Assembly: GCA_951406725.2 (NCBI GenBank)
Contig: OX597840.1
Coordinates: 38,998,001 to 39,062,000 of the forward strand
Reading direction: 5' to 3'
Length of the DNA: 64,000 nt
Source: Octopus vulgaris
Taxonomy: Eukaryota
The translations under genes were made by a program, and so were the position numbers. Below, in pieces: positions 1 through 15,620 of this stretch. How positions within the stretch are numbered: the first letter of the stretch is position 1; every line of letters begins with the position of its first letter. The notes under the pieces were generated by a model. The model saw only the letters and a program-made list of their open reading frames with translations, ran no database searches and was not told where the DNA came from.

Positions 1-178
1 ATCAGGGTGTTATATCTGAGTGAATCTAGATCGAAGTTTTAGTAAGGTAGTAGCGTTAGTTCCTCAGGAAAGTAATGGGTTTAGTTTTATTGTGTGAGGT
101 GTTAGCTATCAATTGTATTAAGATAGATATGCGACATACACACATTTATCTATGACTGCAGGCTTGATGGCAAATGTG

Positions 179-257
<79 letters not shown>

Positions 258-649
258 GTATATATATATGTATATATATATATATATATATATGTGTATA
301 TGTATATGTAACTATGTGTATGTATTTATGTGTGTGTATGTGTGTGTGTGTGTGTCACTGTGTGCATAGGCAAGGATGTGGGCTGTGTCTGTATGGTTTC
401 AGGGAGCGTCAATTAAAACTGTACCGAAACACGTTAAACATATATGTGCTTAATGGATTAAAGAACAAAGAGAATACTAAGTAATTATCGTAAAATATTT
501 ACTGCGCTTGCTTGAATTTCAAGTGAGGAAGGTGTGAATTTATGGGACGGAATTCGTTTTTGCATATACATACATGCGTACATATATAGACGTGTGGTGT
601 ATTTATATATGTATACAGACGTATAATACATGTATATACAGATTATTAC

Positions 650-722
<73 letters not shown>

Positions 723-782
723 TATATATATATATACATATATACATACATAAATATATTATATATATATATTTGCATTTGT

Positions 783-816
<34 letters not shown>

Positions 817-1958
817 TATATACATATATATATATACATGCATAAATATATGCATTATATATATATATATATATATATATATGCGAGTATATATGTATAT
901 ATATTAAACAATATCGTTACGTATATATGCACACAGAATATTATATATTCATATATTCATATACCATGTGTGTATGTTTGTGTTGACGTACCATTATGTG
1001 GAAGTGAAAATATGTATACATACTTACTAACTTGCATGTGTAGTATGTTTGCGTATTTGCGTAAATCACCTACACTGGATATATATAAATTTTCGACTGA
1101 CACTCACAGGTAACCACACGCACACGTACATTTACATATATAGATATAAGCAGATACTATTTAAAGACACACATACACACACACACTTATACACACACAA
1201 GTGAGTTCGTATATGCATTATCTGTTCATCAGAAGCGATTCTAATTCGAAACAGATTTTTATTTACTTATTTTAATCATACTTGTTTTAATTCGTAACCA
1301 TTAGTATAAATTTGTGAACAATAAAGTAATTATTGCTAATCAGACATATATTTCAAATTAATTAGATAATATCCAATTATATCATAAACCTGTGTGATTA
1401 AAAAATAATCGGAAAAATGTCAAATCTAAAAACGTTACAGCGTAGATTCTTGCACGTTGATATGCATGTGTACAGGATAATGGTTGCTTTCGCAGAAACA
1501 GTGGAGCAGAAGATTAATCGTAGAAGATTATGAATTGTTAGGACATTTACATTCTGGTTTCATGCCCGATTGGTCTTCGAACATCTGTTGTACTTTAATT
1601 AACCATGGTTGAAAACAAAAACATGGCTACGGGTGACATAACTCGGAGTGAAATTCCTCAGTCGCTCCCCACATCACAAACGCGTGTATCAAGCGCCTGA
1701 TGGCTTCATTGATTTTCGTAAAAGACTTATCAAATATCGAAGGTCATTACGGATCTCTGAAAGCGGTGTTGCGAAAGAAAACCACCGACATATGGTTTGT
1801 TTTCAAGAACTTCTCTTCGTATGATTGCTTTTAAAATGTGAAGCATTATGAGAGATCTTGTTATTACATCAGTGAAAACATTAATTGTTCCACCAATAAA
1901 CGATTCCGAATCTCAAGACGACAGATATCTTAGAGTTACAGCCAAATTAATTAGTATG

Positions 1959-2536
<578 letters not shown>

Positions 2537-2782
2537 ATATGTATCTATCAGCCACATAGACATAGTGATGATAATAACCTGGTGTCGTAGACTCAATATA
2601 CAAATGCTTCGAAACGAAAGCGTCAGTTGATTACAGAGCGGAATAATAAAAAATGACAAAGGAACAAAACATTGTGTATGTCATGAACTTCATTAGCGTA
2701 CAACGATTCTTCTGTAAGATGCAACAACATCACATATATCTTTATTCCATTGTTATTCTAATCTCTTCTATATATATATATA

Positions 2783-2898
<116 letters not shown>

Positions 2899-3010
2899 CA
2901 CACACACACATATATATATATATATAAGTATATATACATACATATATATACATATATATATATACATATATATACGTATATATATATATGTATATAAATA
3001 TATATATACG

Positions 3011-3043
<33 letters not shown>

Positions 3044-3309
3044 TTATTTTATAGAAGGAGCTTCTACAGGACTAGAACTGTTTCATTCAAATGAAATCAT
3101 ATATATATATGTTTGTATATTTCTTCATTATGTATATATATATATGTGTGTCTGTCAATATATATATATATATATATACCTAATTTATATACATATATGT
3201 GAGCGTGTGTGTGTGTGCGTGTGTGTAATTGCATAGCTTTGACCCCTCTAACCTTGAAGGGGCTTCTGTGACATATGTCATATATTGATGTTTTGACCCT
3301 AGGAATATT

Positions 3310-3590
3310 TACAAGGAATGTGTAAAGTGAGGGGATTCCACAAAAAGAACCCCAATAGTTATTGGTATGAAAGGCAACGGCAGTAGCAGACTTAACGCTA
3401 CCTTGATTCAGGTTGGATGAACAAAGAGTGTCGCATTAATACAAGAATTTGCTCAACAGAGAACAGCAAGCATTGTAAGAAATCTCTTCGATTACTAAGG
3501 AAATTGGTTGCGACCCGGGATCAAGAATATTGATTCCGAATATAATACTTTCGAGCACAAGGGGAATAATAACAACAGCAACGAAAACAT
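3310..3590 (+). mobile_element. Degenerate 3' end of an R4/Dong-like element
   Basis: PIVIGMKG...LIQEFAQQRTASIVRNLFDY* resembles the RLE C-terminus (PVVIGALG...GTARIVR). It is followed by a short UTR and an (AAT/AAC)n tail. Confidence 0.55.
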
Positions 3591-3595
3591 CAACA

Positions 3596-3830
3596 CCTAT
3601 TTTTTTACTACCCACAAGGGGCTAAACACAGAGGGGACAAACAAGGACAGACAAACGGATTAAGTCGATTATATCGACAGCCGTGCGTCACTGGTACTTA
3701 ATTTATCGACCCCGAAAGGATAAAAGGCAAAGTCGATCTCGGTGGAATTTGAACTCAGAACGTAGCGGCAGACAAAAATACAGCGAAGCATTTCGCCCGG
3801 CGTGCTAACGTTTCTGCCAGCTCGCCGCCT
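3596..3830 (-). mobile_element. tRNA-derived SINE family A, monomer
   Basis: Head AGGCGGCGAGCTGGCAGAA, B-box GAGTTCAAATTCC, core GCCTTT-ATCCTTTCGGGGTCGATAAA, tail CCCCTTGTGGGTAGTAAA. Confidence 0.9.
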
Positions 3831-6800
3831 CGTCAGCACCATTAATATTGTTGATAATGAAGATGGTTATTATGATCATGATCATGATGGGGATGATGAT
3901 GATATCTTCCTTTTGCGGTGTTCGTCAGTAACAAGTGTCCACTGCCAACCGCGTTTTAACAAAACATGCTTTGTAACTGATATAGGAAAACCAACTTTAC
4001 AATCACTGATATTTCAGTCAGCCGGTTGATGAAAGAAAAACCAAAAACTTGTTATGTGCAACAAAATCAGTATTAACTCAAAACAGTAATAAGAGTATAA
4101 TTCTTGATGCAAATATGCCAGGGAAATCGACAGCGGTATTCAACCTCAACTAATATCCCCGATATATGGTCATCCATAAACACCGCATCTTTTTTTTTTT
4201 TACATAGTTACTGATATATTTTAGTGTTATTTATCACTGCACATGTACAATAGATAGATATTCACTGCTGACGAATACCACTGCGTGTGTGGCTTTCAAT
4301 GTGTATCTGCACTGAGTATCATACTCAGATTGCTGATTGAAACTGATACTGCTTCGCTTCAGTTGCAAATAACAATATACATAAATGCATGCATAAATAA
4401 ATACATACATGCATACATTCACATACACAAACACACACACGTATAAGTAATTATGATGTTTCGAGAGGAACTGAAATAATTCTATTTTGGAATAGTGAGG
4501 TTCGAAGCACACAAGGCTATATGTAATAGCATCAGGTGGCCTCCACCCATTTTTGTCCCAATAGGTTTTGTTTGTAATCCAATGTCTGCATACTATTAAG
4601 ACAGCGAGGTGAAGGAATCTTTAGCATAGCGTACAAAATGCTTAGCGGCATTTTGTCCGTTCTTAATCTGAGTTAAAATGACGCCGAGGGCGATTGTGAA
4701 TTTCGGAATCGATAAAATGTGAACCACTCATGTACTGGGGTCGATGTAACCGGACTCGTCCCATTTTCTTGCAGTTGCTAGACTTGGGCTACAATATTAA
4801 GCTAATATTTACATAGTATTGTTCACCGTTTTATGGGAATCTAGATCCACTGCACAAAAAAAAAATACTTAAATAAGTGTGTGCGTGTGTGTGTGTGTAT
4901 TCAGTTCTGTTTCTTTTCAGTTTCCAACAATATATAAAGTTTATATATTCCTTATTTTCTTTAATACATTCTACTATTCCGTCAAAGTGTAAAAGTACTT
5001 TTACTTGTGTATCGGCATAAAACGGTTAGACAAATTCACTTTATTGTACTTGTTTACGACTAGAATTTTGTGGCCTGCAGCAATGAGTAGCATGTGTGTA
5101 TTATATACAGAAGTGATATGAGCAGGAATGTGACTTGTCTATAGATACAGTAGGAATTATTGATCAAAATAACGTTTACTCCATACAATACATGGAAAAT
5201 AATCTGGCGCTGTCGCCTATATCTGTTAATCAAACCAGAAACTCTTTTTAAAAGAACATATGGAAGGAAGAATAATTTTATGATGGAATCAGTTTGCGCT
5301 GCAAACGGCCTTCATTCCAACGAAAAGCTTTATCGTTCGTTCATTCAGTCGTGTAGTTAACTAGTCATCCGGGCGTTTGTTATAATAAATATCAAGAGAA
5401 CCACACAGCGATGTTTTCTTTACTATGTAAACATGTGTTCCATAATACTTGCCAACATGGTTCCAACCAAACAAATTAAAAGAATAAGGAATAAAAAGCA
5501 AGCATTTTGGTATCATGAGCAGCTGATTAAAGAAACTTTTACAACTGCACGTCAGTTCATTTCGTTGTATTTGGATACATAATTCCACAGTCCGTTTTAA
5601 GTCTATTATTGTAGAATAACAGAGAGCAGATTGCCTCTATTAATCATACGACATCGATCTAAGGATCATTAGCTCGCTTTGAGCTAATGAAGGGGCCACT
5701 GGGAAAATACTCAATCACGCACACATACAAAATAAAGAAGAAATCAACACAGCAGCCAACCTTCTATCAAATCCCCCATGACCTTTCTACATAAAGATGT
5801 ATTCAATATCGTTCTCCCTTATCATAAAGGGAAATACGTGACAGTCGCTGCTGGAACACAATTGATCGCAGGTCTTCTAGGAATCGACCAGAGCTGACCT
5901 ATAAACTAAACCACGGCAGCAACAACAATAACAACGACACAATTTTCTGCTGCATTTTAAGTATATTCAATACACAGCAACGTTGTACACTTAATCTTCA
6001 TTGAAAAGCTCGGATCGTAGATTCTTTCACGTCCATTCGACTCACATCTTCGCCAGCCACTTTACTCATGTAAAAATATTGACACGTTTCGGAGAACTGA
6101 AATTAAATGTAGGAATATGGATGAGGGACAAACAACTAATGTCGTAGAATTATTTGACAATATATATTGTGTCGGAAAATGAGATTAGATGAACGACATA
6201 ATTAGACTTGTAAATGAACGGCCTTTTCCTCTTCTCCATCGATATATTTATGTATTTGGAGTAGAGTGTGAATTAAATGCGTTAGTTAGTTATGAAGTTA
6301 AGCCTCCCGGGGAACTCTACTACAGGACAATAATCTATGGTAGATTACAATGAGTTGGAAAAATGAAGAATACTAACTTGTCGCGTATATTTCTCTCCAT
6401 GTATATTTATATACATTTGCGCAGGAACACACACACAAACACAGCACATTGACATGCGCACTAACATCATGCATAAAGAAACACACTTTCGCCATTTTAT
6501 ATCAGAATTGTTCATGCTTGGCAATGAATTGATTTGAGAGTCTGTGTTAAATCGGAAGTAATTATGACGTAGAAAGATATTATACCGAAATGTATAAGTG
6601 CTTCTTTCATTATTTGGAAAGAATCTACGCCATAATTGTAAAAGTTTTTGTGCGTTTATGTCTAATAAAAGGCTCATCAAGAATTTTGTGATGTAAACGC
6701 AATATAAGTCTGACAAAGCGTGGAACCACTGGTTCCAAGAAAGGAAATAGGGAGGGGGGCATAGGTCCCTAACTGAAGTTACAGGGAAGATTGCGTAATA

Positions 6801-6852
6801 AATTTAGGTAAAGGGAAGAGACACGTGTCTTATTGTTGGTGCTATGAGAGTA

Positions 6853-7155
6853 AATTTGAACTCAGAACGTAACGGCAGACGAAATACCGCTAAGCATTTC
6901 TCCCGGCGTGCTAATATTTCTAATTTCTTTATTGCCCACAAAGGTGCTAAACATAGAGGAGGACAAACAAGGACAGACAAAGAGATTAAGTCGATTACAT
7001 CGACCCCAGTGCGTAACTGGTACTTAATTTATCGACCCCGAAAGGATGAAAGGCAAAGTCGACCTCGGCGGAATTTGAACTCAGAACGTAACGGCAGACG
7101 AAATACCGCTAAGCATTTCACCCGGCGTGCTACCGATTCTGCCAGCTCGCCGCCT
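6853..7155 (-). mobile_element. SINE family A, full copy plus partial second head
   Basis: Near-identical to the other A copies. Confidence 0.9.
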
Positions 7156-7159
7156 TATT

Positions 7160-8200
7160 TAATTCGTCATAGCTGTTTATTTTTTTCCTCTTCTTTCACA
7201 TTGATCCTGTTGACAACGGAAGAAAGAGTTCTTCTGCAATTCCGTATGACTGTAACTTCCACATTAACAGGAGGCAGGAAAGTGTTCTGCGGGTATTAAC
7301 AGAATTTGCTTTGATGCATCCTTCAGACACCAGACTGTTTCTCCTTATATCAACCAACCTGGAATTTCTTCTCCTCCATTGTTCAATGCATTAAATTGTT
7401 CTGCGATCAATTTATGGCAACTTCTGAACTTTTTTATCCAAAATCCCTGAACAGCATCAAATCCTTCTGCTTTCCAATTGCTTATATTTTTTACTCATAT
7501 TTCTGATACTGTCATCTGTGAAGGAGATACCCTTTTGCTGGGGAAAATAATCTGTTTGCTTCAGGCTGTGGAGCCATTCAGCTGTAATATTCTGTTGTTC
7601 TTGCATATTCTGTAACATAATCCTGAGAGGTCGATTTTCATCTGCATCAGAGATTAATCTTTCACGCTTTATATCATCATTAATCTTTTGACAAAATCAT
7701 TTTTGGTCGGTTCTAAACAATCTGTTTTGCCAGTATTGCTTAATCCGTTTCTTCAAACCTTCTTAGCTTAGCTTTGCTTTATTTTTTTCGCAACTACACG
7801 CTGCTTCAGTTCTTCAATTACAACATTCAGTCCTTTTGTATCTAATCCATACTTCCTCCTAACAATTTCGAATTTCCATTTATTCTTATAAATTTTCCAA
7901 TTCTTCTCCTGGCAAGTATTGACACTATTCTCATCAAGGTTATATCTTCTGAAATTCTCCGTTTCCACTAAGGTTGTATATTTCCTCATCAATCCGTAGC
8001 TCTTCTGTTCTCAGTAGTTCTCAATCCCATTTTCTACGACACAATCCTATCAGCAGCCTTCATATGATTATTTGTTTGTGTGCCATACTTTGCTCCGCTG
8101 TGTCGCAATTAAATTATTGATTCTTCTCGTCTCTTGATATAGTCTCCGATGGAATGCTTTGTGAGTGATTATATTTAGAGAGAAGTGGATTTATTTATAT
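7160..8200 (-). mobile_element. Degenerate R4/Dong-like (RLE-type) non-LTR retrotransposon fragment, pre-RT and start of RT
   Basis: Minus-strand translation gives EELKQRVVAK...RIKQYWQNRLF, NWKAEGFDAVQGFWIKKF and LSCLLLMWKL, resembling NWKAPGPDGxQGFWLK and PITCLPTMWKL. Contains stops and frameshifts. Confidence 0.75.
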
Positions 8201-8463
8201 CGTATTTTGTCGAGAAGTTGACAGCCATCTGGTGCTCTTTGGAGTGTCAGAAATGTAATAATTGAGAAGAGAATTTGTGCCGTGAAGGTCGTGGTTGTCT
8301 CTAGGAGAAAGATCTGGACGAAGATGCATGAAATGTCAATGTGAAAGCCGTGTGTTTTTGTGACAATGTATGTTTTAAAGACAGTACGACAGAGAGAAAG
8401 AGAGAGAGAGAAGGAGGGGGAGTAACAGAGGAGAGAGGACTTATATTTCCTGAAACATATCTC

Positions 8464-8534
<71 letters not shown>

Positions 8535-8540
8535 ACATAC

Positions 8541-8594
<54 letters not shown>

Positions 8595-8604
8595 GTGTAT
8601 ATAC

Positions 8605-8661
<57 letters not shown>

Positions 8662-8871
8662 TAGATAGATAGATAGATAGATATATAAATATGTATATAT
8701 ATATATGTAAATATATATAATATATATATATATATATACACAAATCTCTCTCTCGTTAACTCCCTCTCGTTATCTCTCACTAACTCACTCTCTCTCTAAA
8801 TCTCTCTCCAACGCACTCTCCTTCTCCCTCTCTTTCTAACTATTCTTCTCTCGTTCTCTCTCTCTCTCTCT

Positions 8872-8916
<45 letters not shown>

Positions 8917-9611
8917 GCATGCATACATACATAATATACGATTTGACGACAACAGCTGCCAACACAAACGGACAGGGTGACAGGAATATGAAAGACAAAA
9001 GACACAAGTATTATCACAAAATTCATTAAACAGAGAAGAATAATAAAGTTAGGCTGAGCCAATGATGCGACTTACTTCGATTTATAGACCACAGAGACGG
9101 CGACAACGTGGAAACAAATAAAAAAAAAGGAAGAATATGAGAATAAGAAAAACGCCGAAAGAAAAGTTGAACAATAGAAGTTGTGAGAGACAAAGAATAA
9201 GAAAAACAAAGGAAAGGAGATTTCTAATAAAACTAGCATCAGCTGGGTGCTTCATTTGAGTGTTTTCATTTTACTGTTCATCGTTTGACGCATATGGACA
9301 CTGCATATGTATACTACAGTTACACAGCTATACACAAAGAAATGCACGTATTTGTACAGGATCGCACAGAAAAAAGACAACCTCTTGCTTGCTTTAGTCA
9401 TTGGACTGCGGCCATACTGGAGCATTGGCTCGAAGCCTTCTTATTTAGTCAGATGGATACCGGTTGTTTATTGTTCATAGGTGTCGTAATTACTCGATCA
9501 GTCTCATTTACCGAACCGTTATGTTACAGTGACATAAGCATACCAAACGCAACATTACCAGTTGTCAAGTGTACGGAGAAATAACCAAATACATGAAAGC
9601 ACACACAAATG

Positions 9612-9699
<88 letters not shown>

Positions 9700-9710
9700 T
9701 ATATACACAC

Positions 9711-9814
<104 letters not shown>

Positions 9815-9837
9815 ATATATATGTATATATATGAGTG

Positions 9838-9883
<46 letters not shown>

Positions 9884-9884
9884 C

Positions 9885-10055
9885 AAATGAAATAGATGAA
9901 CAAGCAAATTAACAAAAACAAGCAAGAGGACGTGCACAGGAAACGCATTTGTTTGACGCTCAGGTAAAAGGTCAAGTATTTGACGTTTCGAGCATAGCTC
10001 ATCGTCCGTAAAGGAAAAAGGGAAACTCCACAGAAGGGAAAAATAACATCACCAA
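9885..10055 (-). mobile_element. Penelope-like terminal-repeat fragment with decayed hammerhead
   Basis: Minus strand CGGACGA-T-GAGC-TAT-GCTC-GAAACGTC-AAA. Same family as 43830-44030 (shared TGACGCTCAGG/GGACGCTCAGG). Abuts (TA)n. Confidence 0.6.
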
Positions 10056-10455
10056 TGTGTGTATAAAATTATGTGCGTATGCATCTGTGTATGTGTGTGT
10101 ATATGCATTACTTAAGCATTTGTAGGCTCGTATGCTTTTCGAGATGAAGTAACTGAAATTAAAACACAAATTTAGGATGTCTGCAAGATGATAAGGATTT
10201 ACTTGTCAAGGCAGAGCACATGTTATTGAGTTCTAAGCGCGATTGAATCAATTATTCCTTCGTCCACGTGACCGGAAATGTTGTTGATAGGAAGCGGTCG
10301 ACGCTCAGTCTCGAGGCAACAGTATTGTTTAATTAGCAACATCAATTAGTTGCTGAACACAGGGCGGAGCCGGATGTTGTCTCGGGTTACTCGAGGGCGA
10401 ACACTACAGCGGCGACTGATATTCTGCGCCAGTAACTAGATTCCTCAGCAGTATA

Positions 10456-10665
10456 CTTTTCTTTAACTTGTTTCAGTCATCTGTCTGCGGCCATGCCGGA
10501 GCACCGCTTTTAGTCGAGCAAATCGACCCCGGGACTTATTCTTTGTAAGCCCAGTACTTATTTTATCGGTCTCTTTTGCCGAACCGCTAAGTGACGGGGA
10601 CGTAAACACACCAGCATCGATTGTCAAGCAATGCTAGGGGGACAAAGACAGACACACAAACACAG

Positions 10666-10724
<59 letters not shown>

Positions 10725-10884
10725 TACGACAGGCTTCTTTCAGTTTCCGTCTACCAAATCCACTCACAAGGCATTGGTCGGCTCGGGGCTATAGCAGAAG
10801 ACACTTGCCCAAGGTGCCACTCAGTGGGACTGAACCCGGAACCATGTGGTCGGTAAACAAGCTACTTACCACACAGCCACTCCT
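10456..10884 (-). mobile_element. tRNA-derived SINE family B with internal (TA)/(TG) microsatellite
   Basis: Head GGAGTGGCTGTGTGGTAAG, B-box-like GGTTCAGTCCC, tail CAGCATGGCCGCAG...GACTGAAACAAG. Confidence 0.9.
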
Positions 10885-11314
10885 TCAGTGATATTTGATC
10901 ATAGTCCCGGATTAAAAAACAATAATGAAAACATGACAGTTTGTCCAAATGTTTTTTGTAATGATCGAATGTATTTTTCATAACTTTAAAACATCAGAAT
11001 TAATATGTCTTTAGAAGTTAAAATATATCAAAAAACGTATTTAAAGCCTGTTTATTCTTAATCACTGCCAATACTGCAGGTTTTATCTTGACATGGACAT
11101 CCACTAATTAGTCACCGATGTTGACTATTTATAGTTACAGTTACGTCTTCGAATATGCCCTGGGTCACCCCCTCTCTCTCTCTCTCTCTCTCCGGTTTTT
11201 CCCATTAAGGAAGGCTAAAGAACCAGAAATGGGCAATTGTGGCGTTTTATACCTTTTACCATGAAAGGACATTTTTCTCTACGGTCACTGCAGCGATTTT
11301 GCCTTTAGAAGTTA

Positions 11315-11475
11315 GGCGCAGGAGTGGCTGAGTAGTAAGTAGCTTGTTTACAAACCACATGGTTCGGGGTTCAGTCCCACTGAGTGGCACCTTGGGCAAG
11401 TGTCTTCTACTATAGGCTCGGGCCGACCAAACCTTGTGAGTGGATTTGGTAGACGGAAACTGAAAGAAGACTGTC

Positions 11476-11522
<47 letters not shown>

Positions 11523-11753
11523 AAAGTAAAAAAATACAAACTGGGACTAGAACGTGAAACATCTAGAAGACGACATTCTCGAGATTAATCGGCCGAAATT
11601 GCGAAGATGATCCGGATCTTGATTGAAGATTGAGGGCTTCGAATGTCCCGTCCGTGATTTTTGTGTCGTCTTCTAGATGTTTCACGTTCTTGTCCCAGTT
11701 TGTATTTTGTTACTTTTACATATGTACATAAGCGACGACGTACCCCTTTTTGA

Positions 11754-11819
<66 letters not shown>

Positions 11820-11901
11820 GAGTGTATTTTTACCTTGTTAACAATTAACACGGAAAAATAAATAAATAGTTACCAGGGCAGAAAAAACCTGCGTTAACTC
11901 C

Positions 11902-11951
<50 letters not shown>

Positions 11952-12185
11952 GTGTGTGTTTGTATGTCTTTGTTTGTCCCCCCTAGCATTGCTTGACAAC
12001 CGATGCTGGTGTGTTTATGTCTCCGTTACTTAGCTGTTCCTCAAAAGAGACCGATAGAATAAGTACTGGACTTACAAAAGAATAAGTCCCGGGGTCGAGT
12101 TGCTCGATTAAAAAAGGCGGTGCTCCAGCATGGCCGCAGTCAAATGACTGAAACAAGTAAAACAGAGAGTAAAGAGTAAAGAGTA
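11315..12185 (+). mobile_element. SINE family B split by insertions in its internal (TA)n
   Basis: 5' half at 11315-11478 and 3' half at ~11950-12185. Confidence 0.88.
11516..11723. repeat. Fold-back inverted repeat (~60-bp arms) nested in the internal (TA)n of a SINE
   Basis: 11516-11575 is reverse-complementary to 11664-11723. The spacer resembles the 21485-21545 segment. Confidence 0.85.
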
Positions 12186-12601
12186 TACGTCACAAGCATA
12201 ACTAACTTTTAAGTTTGTTTATTGCTCTTCAACGCTACAAAAAGTGTCATCGTTCGTTTGAGAGCAATATTCTAATATATGATAAAAATATTCAGAATAT
12301 GTTTAGACTCAACGCCAATTAGGTACTTCATTACCTACAGAGAGCATAATTTGTTATTTACTTATCGTGATGCAGTTAATACATGTACACCCACAAGAAA
12401 ATACACACACATATACAAACTAACAAAAATACACGCACACACACACACACATATATATACGCTGTTATGTATAAATTTATATATGCGCGTGTGTCTTTAT
12501 GCATCTGAAAGTCTGTGACTATGTAGCTGTATTCTTATGGATGTGCGTATATATGAATATATATACATTACATATAGATATGCATGTATTCATATATACG
12601 C

Positions 12602-12762
<161 letters not shown>

Positions 12763-12781
12763 CACATATATATAAATATAT

Positions 12782-12829
<48 letters not shown>

Positions 12830-13225
12830 ACTAACATACACACACATGTATATATATATGTGTGTGTATATATATCGATATATATATATAATATTGTGTA
12901 AATATATATATATATGTGTGTGTGAGTATGTGTGTGTGTGTGTGTGTGTGTATGTGTGTGTGTGTGTGTGTGTGTGTTTGTATGATGATAACCGGTCGTC
13001 GGCTTTAGCTATTATTGAGATTTGCTCAAGAAAATAATCCGTCAGCTATTTAACAAATCAAATTGTCGCATACCATAATAAATAAGGAAAGATTCGACGA
13101 AATCGTATGCAAATGTATAACTTATTTCAATGAGTCTCGTACATATCATTATAAAACTGAATAAATTGGCCAATGTTTGCTGCGCAGGTAGCTGTGCTGT
13201 GCACATGTGCATAAACACATACACA

Positions 13226-13260
<35 letters not shown>

Positions 13261-13350
13261 TACGCGCGCGCACAACCACACAACCGCACAACTTCACAAC
13301 CGCAAACCCGCGCACCTGCACGCATACACGGATACCAAGAAATACAGAAG

Positions 13351-13561
<211 letters not shown>

Positions 13562-13603
13562 TTAAGAATATATATATATATACGAAATAAATATATACAT
13601 ATA

Positions 13604-14030
13604 GGCGCAGGAGTGGCTGTGTGGTAAGTAGCTTGCTAACCAAACACATGGTTCCGGGTTCAGTCCCACTGCGTGGCATCTTGGTTGAGTGTCTTCTGCT
13701 ATAGCCTCGGGCCGACCAAAGCCTTGAGAATGGATTAGGTAGACGGAAACTGAAAGAAGTCTGTCGTATATACGTATATATATATATATATATATATGTT
13801 TGTGTGTGTATATGTTTGTGTGTCTGTGTTTGTCTCTCTAACATTGCTTGACAACCGATGCTGGTGTGTTTACGTCGCCGTCACTTAGCGGTTCGGCAAA
13901 AGAGACCGATAGAATAAGTACTGGGCTTACAAAGAATAAGTCCCGGGGTCGATATGCTCGACTAAAGGCGGTGCTCCAGCATGGCCGCAGTCAAATGACT
14001 GAAACAAGTAAAAGAGAAAAGAAAGAGAGA
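13604..14030 (+). mobile_element. SINE family B, full length
   Basis: GGCGCAGGAGTGGCTG ... GACTGAAACAAGTAAAAGAG. Confidence 0.92.
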
Positions 14031-14075
14031 GATAGCATATATACGTATGTATATGTGTGTGCATATATACGTATG

Positions 14076-14125
<50 letters not shown>

Positions 14126-14133
14126 ATACATAT

Positions 14134-14183
<50 letters not shown>

Positions 14184-15243
14184 GTAGAAATATTTCGTGA
14201 AAGGCTAGCCGATATGCATATACCTCTGACTAGGTATGTTGGAATTTGTACACATGCGTAGCTGAGTGAATGTGTGTACGTGTTTTGTGTGTGTGTGTGT
14301 ATGTATGTGTTTGTGTGTGTTTGCCTGTGTGTAAGGGGGCGGCATATTTATGTGCGTTTGTGTGTAACACATTAACTTTTGTACCATCCACATTAGCACA
14401 AGACAATTATTATATCCTACATGCCAAAACACACACACATGTATTTATGTATAATAGAACCACTTATATACATACATCCATAAATACATACATATATACA
14501 TACATACATACATACATACATACATACATAAACACATACATACATACATACATACATACATACATACATACATACATACATACATACATACGTACGTACG
14601 TACGTGCATATATATGTGGAACTGTGTATGTATAATGAGTTAGTCTTGCTTGATATGTTAAACATCATCAAATTCATAGAAGGAGACAGTAGCAGCTCTT
14701 ATTTGAATTAGAAACCATGCGGACATTTCTTAATAACCAAATATATACCAAAAATCAATAAAAACTCATTTTCTTTGACAATATACCAGACTCTTGGACT
14801 GTAATACAAAAGCAAATTTACCGAAATTTTCATTTGCATATTATGGTAAATATGTAACATGTTTCTTATTAAAACTTGCAACTCATTAGAATCATTAAAA
14901 TATTTTCTGTTTAACTTTAACAGCAAATGTTTGCAGGTAATTATTGGTGATTTGTCGGAGAGCAGAAATTACTTCCTCATATATTGTGCATCAATTTCTT
15001 TTTGGTTTTTGAGAGCAGCGACCTGGCGGAAACGTTATCAGGCCGGGCGAAATACTTAGCGGTACGTCGTCCGTACACATATTCTGGGTTCAAATTCCGC
15101 CGGGCTAGACATTTCCTTTCACCTTTTTGCGATCGATAAATTAAGTATCAGTGAAACATTGCCGCAGATGTAATCGACTAGTCCACTCTCTCCCATATTT
15201 CAGGCCTTGTGCCTCTAGTAGAAAAAATAGATTTCTCTCTCTC

Positions 15244-15480
15244 TTGATCGAGGTTACCATGGTCTTTTCTTTCCAGGGATAAACCTCATCTGGTTCCTCC
15301 TTTACACTTTACATCATTACATTTCTGTGATACACGATCCGTATTGATAGTTTTTTTTTTCTTTCCCTATTACGATCCCTTTTGATCGAAAACCTACCAC
15401 ACTTTTTTTTCCTCCCCAAAAAGAAAACCTCTACTTTGTAATCTGTCCTGCCTGTGTGCAGCCCTGCGTGGCTAATAAAG

Positions 15481-15484
<4 letters not shown>
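15244..15484 (+). mobile_element. 3' UTR fragment of the same Tx1-like LINE
   Basis: GAGGTTACCATGGTC...ACGATCCCTTTTGATCGAAAACC...GCAGCCCTGCGTGGCTAATAAAGAAAC, then (AC)n. Confidence 0.8.
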
Positions 15485-15555
<71 letters not shown>

Positions 15556-15558
15556 TAT

Positions 15559-15620
15559 GTTTCTTTATTAGCCACACAGGGCTGCCAACGGATAGGACAG
15601 ATTACAAAGTAGAGATCCGA
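15559..15620 (-). mobile_element. 3' terminus of a related Tx1-like LINE, tail-to-tail with the previous one
   Basis: GTTTCTTTATTAGCCACACAGGGCTGC...TTACAAAGTAGAG. Confidence 0.75.
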
